Shown in pieces: positions 6,431 through 13,593 of a stretch of DNA of 13,593 nucleotides. The notes beneath the pieces are model-generated. The model had not been told where the DNA came from. It worked only from the letters and a program-made list of their open reading frames with translations, and did no database searches. The position numbers and the translations under genes were made by a program. Where the stretch lies: contig JBHHXT010000123.1 in NCBI GenBank assembly GCA_046757165.1, forward strand, positions 1 to 13,593, read 5' to 3'. This DNA comes from a bacterium (lineage in GTDB: Bacteria > Zhuqueibacterota > Zhuqueibacteria > Oceanimicrobiales > Oceanimicrobiaceae). How positions within the stretch are numbered: position 1 is the stretch's first letter; the number at the start of each line of letters is the position of its first letter.

Positions 6431-8656
6431 TCAAGCATCTGCCAGAGTTGCGACCCGCCGGGTTTCGCCTATGTGTGAGGCTTTGAAGACTTTAACCGGC
6501 ACGCGCTTGAAAACGGGCGTCCTGGATTGAGGGTCTGTTCTGGCGGGCACGATGGCGTTGGCTTCCGGAAAATACATCGCAAGGTTGCCGGCCCGGATGG
6601 GCGCTGCAACCAGCTCGACCTTCATTCTTCCGACCTCACTTTCCACCCACACCCATTCGCCTTTCTGAAGCCCATGGCTGGTGATATCCGTTCTGTTCAT
6701 GAACACGACCCATCGATGGTTGACGCCACGGTAGAGGTCTTCGTCTTCGTAAACAATGGTGTTGAACTGTCCTTCTGAGCGCAAGGTCATCAAATTGAAG
6801 CCGCCGGCTGGCGGACGGGTGTCCGGCGTATCGAGTACAGCCAGGTTCGCTTTGCCGTTTTCTGTATTGAAGTGGGGAGTGTGCCGAATTCTTCCCGGGA
6901 TAGTAAATTCTTTGCCCTGATCCAACTCTGCCAGCGGCTGCATGTTAGGCACAGTGCGGGCGATGAACTGGCGAATTTGTTGATGGCTGGCCAGCTCCTG
7001 CCACGGTACAGGACCGTCGCTCAGAAGGGCCCTGGCAACATGTCCGAAGATTTCGCTTTCGGCCGGCAGCGCGTCGGCTGGCGCCGGTTCGCCTCCTTTT
7101 GAAAGCCGGACGTAGTTGAACATGCTTTCCTGCGACGTGGCCTGCTTCTCTTCGTCGCGGGCGCGGACAGGCAGAATCAGGGTGTTCTTACCATGTCCGT
7201 GGAGGTGGCCGAGGTTCAGGGTGGTGCTCAGGAATACCATGAAATCGATCTTGCCCAGGGCCCGGGCCGCCCAGTGGCAATCAGGATTGGCTCCGTAGAG
7301 GTTCCCGCCTGTCAGGACGGCGAAATCCATCTGGTCGTCGTCTGCGGCTTGCATGCAGGCAAAAGTATCCAGGCCCGGTGTTTCCGGCACCCGCACGTTG
7401 AGCACTTTCAGTAGCGCCCGAGCCATCTCCGGTTTCAGTTTCGGCACGACACCGACGGAGCCAACGCCTTGTACGTTGCTATGGCCACGAATGGGCAGCA
7501 GTCCCGCGCCCGGTTTGCCCACCATGCCGCGCATCAGGGCCAGGTTGGCTATGGCACGCACGTTCTGCACGCCATGCTCCTGATGGGTAATTCCCATCGC
7601 CCAGGCGAAAATGGTGTTTTGTGATTCGCCGAGGAGCGTACAGAATTGTTGCAGCTCGTCAAAAGGAATGCCGCTTTTCTCCACGAGTGTTTGCAGATCT
7701 TCGCTTTCCAGATCAGCCTTGAACTCAGCAAAGTGGTTGCAGTGGCTTTCCAGGAATGGGATGTTCGCTTTTTTTTCGCGCCAGAGACAAGCCGCCGTTG
7801 CTTTTAGCAATGCCAGGTCGCCGCCACAGTGCGGCCGCAAGGTGAGATTCGCGATTTCTGAGCCGAACAAGAGCGAGCGCACATCGCTCGGGACGCTGAA
7901 ATGGTGCAGGCCAGTCTCTTTGATGGGATTGATGACAACGACTTTGCCCCCACGCCGGCGCAGGTCGAGCAAAAACGTCATCAGGCGCGGATGGTTGCTG
8001 GCCGGGTTGGCGCCGATGAGCACGACCAGGTCGGACTTCTTGACGTCGTCCAGCGTCACGGTGCTGGTGCCGCCGCCGAGCGTCTGAGCCAGCCCCACGC
8101 CCGATGCCTGGTGACAGTAATAAGAGCAGTTGTTGACGTTGCTGGTGCCCCACTGGCGCGCAAGGAGCTGGACCAGGAAAGCGGCCTCCATCGATGAACG
8201 CCCGGAGGCATAAAAGAAGCTGCGTTCAGGGTTGGCTTTTTGCCACTGCCGCACCAGCAGAGCCAGCGCTTGCGGCCACGGAAGGACCTCGAAGTGCTGT
8301 CCGTGATGCGGCAAATACAGGGGGTGGACCAGCCGGCCCAGCGCTTCGACCTCGCGCCCGCTGAACTTCTTCAGCGCTTCGATAGAGGTGGTCTCAAAGA
8401 AATCGGCCGGGATGCCCGGCTGCATGTCCTGCGCCTGCGCCTGCAGGGATTTCTTGCACACCTGCCAGTGCTGTCCGGCTTCATTCACCATGCCACCGGC
8501 CATCCCACCCATGCCAAGCGCGCAAGCCTTGCACGTGTTCGGACTTCGCAAGGCATTATAAAGCTTTCTAATCCCACCCACTTTCCTGGCCATTCGAAGT
8601 GAATAGCGGATGGATCGCCAGCCGCCCCCGGTTTGAACTCTCGTGTGTGCCATCAT
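6431..8656 (-). CDS. FdhF/YdeP family molybdopterin-dependent oxidoreductase
   Basis: GGGW start, CKACALGMGG, YASGRSSMEAAF, NNCSYYCHQASG, IGANPASNHPR, WAMGITH, PIRGHSNVQG, TLRSEGQFNTIVY and DPQSRTPVFK; GGGAG RBS. Confidence 0.93.
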   Translation of the reverse strand: MMAHTRVQTGGGWRSIRYSLRMARKVGGIRKLYNALRSPNTCKACALGMGGMAGGMVNEAGQHWQVCKKSLQAQAQDMQPGIPADFFETTSIEALKKFSGREVEALGRLVHPLYLPHHGQHFEVLPWPQALALLVRQWQKANPERSFFYASGRSSMEAAFLVQLLARQWGTSNVNNCSYYCHQASGVGLAQTLGGGTSTVTLDDVKKSDLVVLIGANPASNHPRLMTFLLDLRRRGGKVVVINPIKETGLHHFSVPSDVRSLLFGSEIANLTLRPHCGGDLALLKATAACLWREKKANIPFLESHCNHFAEFKADLESEDLQTLVEKSGIPFDELQQFCTLLGESQNTIFAWAMGITHQEHGVQNVRAIANLALMRGMVGKPGAGLLPIRGHSNVQGVGSVGVVPKLKPEMARALLKVLNVRVPETPGLDTFACMQAADDDQMDFAVLTGGNLYGANPDCHWAARALGKIDFMVFLSTTLNLGHLHGHGKNTLILPVRARDEEKQATSQESMFNYVRLSKGGEPAPADALPAESEIFGHVARALLSDGPVPWQELASHQQIRQFIARTVPNMQPLAELDQGKEFTIPGRIRHTPHFNTENGKANLAVLDTPDTRPPAGGFNLMTLRSEGQFNTIVYEDEDLYRGVNHRWVVFMNRTDITSHGLQKGEWVWVESEVGRMKVELVAAPIRAGNLAMYFPEANAIVPARTDPQSRTPVFKRVPVKVFKASHIGETRRVATLADA

Positions 8657-8823
8657 GATCTCCCTTTGAGTGCCGCTACGGGTGTGTTAATTGCAATTAA
8701 TGAAAACTCGCAATCTTATTCAACCAAAAAGTGGAAACGGGTTGGAGTGCTCATCCAGCCCTGGAGCGCCACCGAAGTTTCGCCGGAGGCACCGTGCGTC
8801 ACCGAAAGTTTTCAAGTTTGTAC

Positions 8824-8851
8824 TTGAAATTTAAAAATGGTTTAATAAATT
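8824..8851 (+). promoter_or_regulatory. Possible sigma-70 promoter for the 9009 gene
   Basis: TTGAAA-16 nt-TAAATT in an AT-rich tract; the -35 box overlaps the inverted repeat TTTCAAGT-TTGT-ACTTGAAA (8810-8829). Confidence 0.4.
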
Positions 8852-9008
8852 TAGTTCTATCGACGGTTCGGGATTGCGGAGATCGCTTCTCTAATCCCCG
8901 CATCCATCACAAAAGACGTAAACGTAATGATGAAACAATGTACATAGATTTCGCGGCGACCGATGTTGTGAGAAAACCATCTGCATTTCAAGCAAAAAGG
9001 AGGGCAAG

Positions 9009-9680
9009 ATGGAACAGAAAAGTATGGCAGACTTCGAAGAGCCGGAATACAGCGATGCTGATATCAAGCAGTGGATCCGTGAGCTCTTCGACCCGAATAC
9101 GTCCCGGGAAGAACTGCAGCGGCATGCCATGACCCTGGCGCACATTCGAAAGCTGGAGGCGCTGCAGGCCCTGGAGATATTCAAGAAATCCTCGCGCGGC
9201 AAAGAGGTGGAGTGGATCGACTGCGCCATCGAAGAGTGTATTTTCGGTCTGCTCTCCCCGGAAACCGATGAGGAAGAAGAAGACTATATCCGCGTTGAAT
9301 TGTGGCGGCGCTACGAAGAAGAAATGGTCGACCTGGACGGCCGCATCGACGCTGCCAGCACGAGAATCGCCCAGCTTCAAGTCGAAAAGATGTTTCTTCA
9401 AAGCGTCCAGCCTAAGGTTTCGGAGGGAGCTGTGGCGCTGGCCATCCGCGAGCGTTTGCAGACTATGGATGATGAAATCGAGTGCGAAGAAAATACCATC
9501 GAAGAGATGAAGGAAAAGATGACGTGCCTGGAATTCTTGAATGCCGAAATCGAGAAGGCCATCCGGTCACCGTTCTATCGCGAGTACGGCAAACAACACA
9601 TCGGAGTCGATATGCACCGCAGTTGTGACTACTGGATGGACTGGGACGGCGAGGAGGAGGACGATGATTTGCCCTTTTGA
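9009..9680 (+). CDS. Hypothetical acidic helical/coiled-coil protein with C-terminal EEEDDDLPF
   Basis: 223-aa ORF with a strong AAGGAGG RBS; very Glu/Asp-rich with heptad-like segments; no family recognised. Confidence 0.85.
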   Translation: MEQKSMADFEEPEYSDADIKQWIRELFDPNTSREELQRHAMTLAHIRKLEALQALEIFKKSSRGKEVEWIDCAIEECIFGLLSPETDEEEEDYIRVELWRRYEEEMVDLDGRIDAASTRIAQLQVEKMFLQSVQPKVSEGAVALAIRERLQTMDDEIECEENTIEEMKEKMTCLEFLNAEIEKAIRSPFYREYGKQHIGVDMHRSCDYWMDWDGEEEDDDLPF

Positions 9681-9682
9681 GG

Positions 9683-10906
9683 TCAATGGCCTGTTTCCGC
9701 GGGTTGCACCTTCCGGTAGCCTGGCCTGACTCTGAGGAGCGGCAACCCAACCCACAGCGCCAGAAGGAGGACCCCGCCTGCGGACCAGTAGGTCCAGTTT
9801 ATCCCGAGCAGACCGTATGCCCATCCCCCCCAAAGCGGCCCGAGGATCCTGGCCAAAGTCGCGATTGAGCGGCTGACGCCAAGCACGGCCCCTTGCTCGG
9901 ACTCCTCGGCATTGATGGAGACCAGGCTGGTCAACGTCGGAGTGCTCAACCCGGTCCCGATCCCCAATAACGCCAGCAGAACCAGCAGCCCTCTGAGAGA
10001 TTTGGCGAAGGGAAAGCACGCCATGCCGACCACTCCCAACGCGGTCCCCACCAGCGCCAGCGGACCTGCCCCGAAGCGCTTCGACAACCGGTCGATCAGG
10101 CCTCCTTGCAGGACAACGGCCAGGACGCCCACAAAGGCAAAAAGGTAACCGTTCTCAACCACGTCGAAGTTGAAGACCTCGTGCGTGAATAGCGGAAAAG
10201 TGAGTTGCATGCATGAAAAAGCGAGGATGATCAGAAAGTAGACCCATATCGGGCGCGCAACTTCGGGTTTTGACAGGTTCCGCATGATCGGCTCGATAAA
10301 GCTGCCAAAGGCTGACCATAGCGGGCGCTCTTTACGGGGTTCGGTAAGAGATTCCGGCAGCTTTGCCATCGCCAGAATCAAAGCGATAAATGAAAGCACG
10401 GCAGCCCCATAGCCGGGCCAGTGATAGCTAAACTTGCTCAGGAAACCGCCCACCGCCGGCCCGATGATGAAGCCGAGCGCAAACGCAGCCCCGATGAGCC
10501 CCATCCCTTTGGCACGATCGGCTTTGGTCGTGATGTCTGAGATGTAAGCCATCGCCGTGGAGATGTTGGCAGCAAAAACACCGGCACAGGTTCTGGCGAC
10601 AAAAAGCCAGGCAAGACTGGGCGCCCAGCCGAAAAGGGTGTAAAATATCGCGGACCCGAGCAGACTCCCCAGCAAGACAGGTCGCCGGCCGATTCTATCG
10701 GAGAGACTGCCCCAGAGTGGGTTGAAAAGCAACTGGCCAAGTGAATAGGAAACGGCCAGAACCCCGATGACAACAGGCGAGGCGCCGTAGGATTTTGCAT
10801 AAAGCGGCAGCAACGGCAGCACGATACCAAAACCGATCAGATCGATGCAAACAACAGCGAAGATGATGCTCAGCCGGGTCGTTTGTTTTGATTTCTTAAG
10901 ATTCAT
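9683..10906 (-). CDS. MFS transporter, TetA/DHA1-like drug:H+ antiporter
   Basis: IDLIGFGIVLPLLP, motif A GSLSDRIGRRPVLL, motif C GAAFALGFIIGPAVGG, and many hydrophobic segments. Confidence 0.93.
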   Translation of the reverse strand: MNLKKSKQTTRLSIIFAVVCIDLIGFGIVLPLLPLYAKSYGASPVVIGVLAVSYSLGQLLFNPLWGSLSDRIGRRPVLLGSLLGSAIFYTLFGWAPSLAWLFVARTCAGVFAANISTAMAYISDITTKADRAKGMGLIGAAFALGFIIGPAVGGFLSKFSYHWPGYGAAVLSFIALILAMAKLPESLTEPRKERPLWSAFGSFIEPIMRNLSKPEVARPIWVYFLIILAFSCMQLTFPLFTHEVFNFDVVENGYLFAFVGVLAVVLQGGLIDRLSKRFGAGPLALVGTALGVVGMACFPFAKSLRGLLVLLALLGIGTGLSTPTLTSLVSINAEESEQGAVLGVSRSIATLARILGPLWGGWAYGLLGINWTYWSAGGVLLLALWVGLPLLRVRPGYRKVQPAETGH

Positions 10907-10997
10907 TGTAGCGCTAAAGTAAACTGTATGGGATTCGATAAAACAAACTGACCAATTTGAGAATCGAAACGTTGTGAGTCAAGTAAAATGTTCTAGC

Positions 10998-11145
10998 TCA
11001 AACCTGGCGTGGCCTTTGGCCGCAACCAAATAATTGATTCAGCCACGAATTGACACGAATAAAATGAGTATTGAATTCGAATATGAATATGAAGTACGGT
11101 TCATTATTGACAAGATCCGTTATCAGTGTAAATCCGTGGCTCAAA
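10998..11145. repeat. MITE/REP-like intergenic element with imperfect inverted arms
   Basis: AGCCACGAATTGACACGAATA (11041-11061) versus TATCAGTGTAAATCCGTGGCT (11121-11141; reverse complement AGCCACGGATTTACACTGATA), preceded by the hairpin GCGTGGCC-TTT-GGCCGC and AACCAAA. Confidence 0.5.
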
Positions 11146-11277
11146 TATATTGTGAATCGTCTAAAATTTTGCAGAGAAAACACAATGTTGTCGGCTTGTA
11201 GCACAGAGAAGTAAATTGACAAGATTGTCACATTCCTCCCGAAATGGTCAGAGTTTTGCGAATCTTGAAAAAACATC

Positions 11278-11306
11278 TTGCTCTTTAACCTGTGTGTTGT
11301 TATATT
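11278..11306 (+). promoter_or_regulatory. Sigma-70 promoter with extended -10 for the TPR gene
   Basis: TTGCTC-17 nt-TATATT with a TGn extension immediately before the -10. Confidence 0.5.
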
Positions 11307-11397
11307 CTAACGCCGTTTCAAGTCGTAGAACCTGCCTGACTCGATTATTTATAAGACAAACCTTACCTGCATTAGCGGTACGAAGACGGAGAAGCCG

Positions 11398-12489
11398 ATG
11401 GAGACCACCCGCGTTCGCATCTGTTTGGCTGTGTTCCTGGCGACGATCGGAGTTGTCTGCGTAATATTCCAGAGCGTGGCCACCACCCATGACGCAGACG
11501 AAGCCCTGTGCACTCTATTCGAAGCGTCCATGAATGCCTGTTACGAAGAAGACTTTGAGCAGGCGCTGCAACTGGCTCTGGAAGTGCGGCAACAGTATCC
11601 TGACGACCCGGCGGGCACGTTTGGATTGTTGACCACGTACCAGACCATCCAACGAAATTACCGCGTCAAACTCTACGAACCCCAAATAGACAGCCTGCTC
11701 GACCTTTCCATCCACCTGGCAAAAAACGCCCTGAAGAAAAACAAACGGGACGGCAGAAATTATTTCTATCTCGGCACCGCGCTCGGGTTCCGAAGCATGT
11801 TCAACGCGGAGCAAGGAAAGTGGATGGATGCCTTCAAGGATGGCTCACAGGTGCTAAGGAACTTCAACAAAGCAATCGCTTATAGCCCGGATTTTTACGA
11901 TGCGTACTACGGGCTGGGACTATACAAATATTGGCTGGGCGCAAAAGGTGCCATCCGGTATTTGCCGTTCGCCAGGAAAAGCCGCAATCAGGGCATTACC
12001 CGGATCAAGATTACGATCGAAAAGGGTCGTTTCTTGCGAGTCAACGCGATGTATGGTTTGTTGGCTATTTACTACCATGAACAGGAATTTGAGCAGGCTT
12101 TTCAACTTTCCGAACGGTTGTTCAAAACCTATCCTCGAAACCCCACGCTCAACTATCGCAGGGGGAGAATCTTGCAGGAGCTCGGCCGTTGGTCCGAAGC
12201 CCTCCAGTCGTTCGAGAACCTGAACAAGATTTTGACGACGACAAAATATCGCTGCACCAGCTACCAAATTGACTGTCTTTACCAGATGGCGGTTTGCAAC
12301 TACAAGCTTGAAAACTACCTCGAGACGCAGCGGTTTTGCCAGCAGGCCATCCTCCTGGAGCAACAGGTCGATTTTTCTGGCGAAACCGACGGGCCGATCG
12401 AGAAATTTTCGGACATTCAGAGTGAGCTCCACAAGCTGAGCGACCAGGTCAAAACGATCGTCGTGAGCGGTGTGTCCGACAGCGAATGA
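11398..12489 (+). CDS. Exported or membrane-anchored tetratricopeptide repeat protein
   Basis: N-terminal hydrophobic segment RICLAVFLATIGVVCVIF; TPR-like repeats NYFYLG, KAIAYSPDFYDAYYGLG, YPRNPTLNYRRGRILQELGRWSEALQSF; GGAG RBS. Confidence 0.85.
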   Translation: METTRVRICLAVFLATIGVVCVIFQSVATTHDADEALCTLFEASMNACYEEDFEQALQLALEVRQQYPDDPAGTFGLLTTYQTIQRNYRVKLYEPQIDSLLDLSIHLAKNALKKNKRDGRNYFYLGTALGFRSMFNAEQGKWMDAFKDGSQVLRNFNKAIAYSPDFYDAYYGLGLYKYWLGAKGAIRYLPFARKSRNQGITRIKITIEKGRFLRVNAMYGLLAIYYHEQEFEQAFQLSERLFKTYPRNPTLNYRRGRILQELGRWSEALQSFENLNKILTTTKYRCTSYQIDCLYQMAVCNYKLENYLETQRFCQQAILLEQQVDFSGETDGPIEKFSDIQSELHKLSDQVKTIVVSGVSDSE

Positions 12490-12683
12490 TTTTTTGGGCC
12501 AACCCCATGGAAATCTCTCGGGTTTGCAACTCACTCCATCCTGCGTGGGCTGAGCTTTATTTGTTTGATTCTTCACCTGTCTTCTGTATACCTGGTAACC
12601 AATTGCCGTAAAGATCATATCCGATTCCGCCACCCCTTCCACCTGACCTCGAGCCGATGACGAGCAAATGTCCCTGATTGAAG

Positions 12684-12699
12684 TGGTACGGCGTTTGCA
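12684..12699 (+). promoter_or_regulatory. Sigma-54 (-24/-12) promoter
   Basis: TGGTACG-GCGT-TTGCA versus TGGCACG-N4-TTGCW (one mismatch), 40 nt upstream of ATG 12740. Confidence 0.75.
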
Positions 12700-12739
12700 G
12701 ACCACTGGAATCAACCATGAGCACCACAGGAGAGATACC

Positions 12740-13558
12740 ATGAACCCTTTTCAGAGGATTTTCTTCTTACCCTTCTTGCTGGTGTTGGCCGTCACCCTTT
12801 CTGTGCCAGCGCAAAGCATGGCACAGAAGAAGGAGAAAGGCAAAGGAGATCTGGAGGATTTCGCAGACGACTACGGTGAGGATGAATCCGGTTCCGACGA
12901 CGATTCCGAAGCCACAGAGTTTTTTCTCTGGCTCTTCTTTGAGAACATCGGAGACCTGGCGCAGCTCTGGGGGGGAACCGCCGGAACAGAATTCGGTCCG
13001 TTTCCGTCCTTTCCCTATGCCGAAGGCGACGGCTTTATGACCACCACCAGCGAATTTCGCAGCTACTATTTCAACACCGAGGTGAATTATCACCCTGTCA
13101 ATGCGGATTTGCGCAGCTATATCTTGAAGTGGGAGACGCAGTTTGTCGGCAAGAGCAAGCTCTCGTTCGATCTGGCGGTCTATGAGGAGAATTTGGTCGA
13201 TGAAGTCGGTCCCTACAAAGACCATCTGACCTTCTTCGGATTCAGGTACGGGTATGCGCTCTACCGCACTCCCCAAATGATCTTGAATCTGGAGGGGGGC
13301 TTTCGTGGCTTTCACCGGAACACCTCGCATGGCGGCCCTGAAATTGCCGTGGATTTTACCCTTTTCCCCAAGAGACCCCTGATCATCGAAACAGAGCTGG
13401 CAGCAGCGTATGTGAGCAACGGCCCGCTCTACACCGTCGAAACAAGCGCCGGCATCGCCCTGGGCCGTTTTGAAATACTCGGCGGGCTGCGTATCTTGAA
13501 GAACAAGGACAGCGACCTTCTGGACGGCTTCCGGATAGGGCTGCGGGTCTGGTACTAA
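12740..13558 (+). CDS. Hypothetical exported protein, probable outer-membrane beta-barrel
   Basis: AGGAG RBS at 12728-12732 before ATG 12740; Sec signal peptide MNPFQRIFFLPFLLVLAVTLSVPAQSMA; acidic linker; alternating amphipathic strands; C-terminal GFRIGLRVWY ending in an aromatic residue. Confidence 0.75.
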   Translation: MNPFQRIFFLPFLLVLAVTLSVPAQSMAQKKEKGKGDLEDFADDYGEDESGSDDDSEATEFFLWLFFENIGDLAQLWGGTAGTEFGPFPSFPYAEGDGFMTTTSEFRSYYFNTEVNYHPVNADLRSYILKWETQFVGKSKLSFDLAVYEENLVDEVGPYKDHLTFFGFRYGYALYRTPQMILNLEGGFRGFHRNTSHGGPEIAVDFTLFPKRPLIIETELAAAYVSNGPLYTVETSAGIALGRFEILGGLRILKNKDSDLLDGFRIGLRVWY

Positions 13559-13593
13559 CCTGAACTATTCACAACTTCGAAAACGAGCCCCTG

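Noticed and set aside
6431..8656. Selenocysteine recoding in the FdhF-like gene
   Set aside because: The frame is open with Cys in NNCSYYCH and has no in-frame TGA.
8633..9132. ORFs 8633-8827 and 8731-9132, and a possible Moco riboswitch upstream of the YdeP-like gene
   Set aside because: The ORFs cross promoter-like DNA and overlap real genes. Only an isolated hairpin (GGGTTGGA/TCCAGCCC, 8739-8761) is visible and I could not match the Moco RNA consensus; an Rfam scan would settle it.
9683..10906. Calling the MFS gene tetA (tetracycline resistance)
   Set aside because: The motifs support the DHA1 family only; there is no adjacent tetR or mobile context, so the substrate is unknown.
10998..11276. 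92-aa minus-strand ORF
   Set aside because: Runs through the repeat element and AT-rich promoter DNA and has low-complexity composition.
11920..13330. Minus-strand ORFs 11920-12741 and 12767-13330
   Set aside because: Antisense shadows of the TPR and beta-barrel genes.
1..13593. CRISPR array, tRNA/rRNA, transposase or prophage genes
   Set aside because: No regularly spaced repeat-spacer units, RNA-gene signatures or such protein motifs were seen by eye.

Overview
A bacterial chromosomal window with moderate GC, no tRNA/rRNA/CRISPR and no transposase that I can see. On the minus strand, left to right: an RlaP/YcgL-family nucleotidyltransferase that runs off the left edge and is absent from the ORF track; a SigR/SigH-like ECF sigma factor; a small STAS-like protein; a 3xPAS sigma-54 enhancer-binding protein (bEBP); an adenosine deaminase; a small conserved hypothetical gene preceded by a 22-codon remnant of its usual partner; and an FdhF/YdeP molybdopterin oxidoreductase. 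These are followed by an acidic hypothetical protein with an SSB-like DDDLPF tail (+), a TetA-like MFS transporter (-), a TPR protein (+) and a probable outer-membrane beta-barrel protein (+). The best candidate system is a compact sigma cascade. The bEBP gene is followed by a near-perfect 22-bp inverted repeat made of two palindromic boxes (candidate enhancer), an IHF-like AT tract and a near-consensus sigma-54 -24/-12 promoter. That promoter points into a STAS + ECF sigma pair that lacks the usual zinc anti-sigma gene. A second sigma-54 promoter precedes the beta-barrel gene. Several spacers carry REP/MITE-like structured repeats, and one supplies the sigma factor's stop codon. All family calls come from motif recognition by eye; no searches were run.
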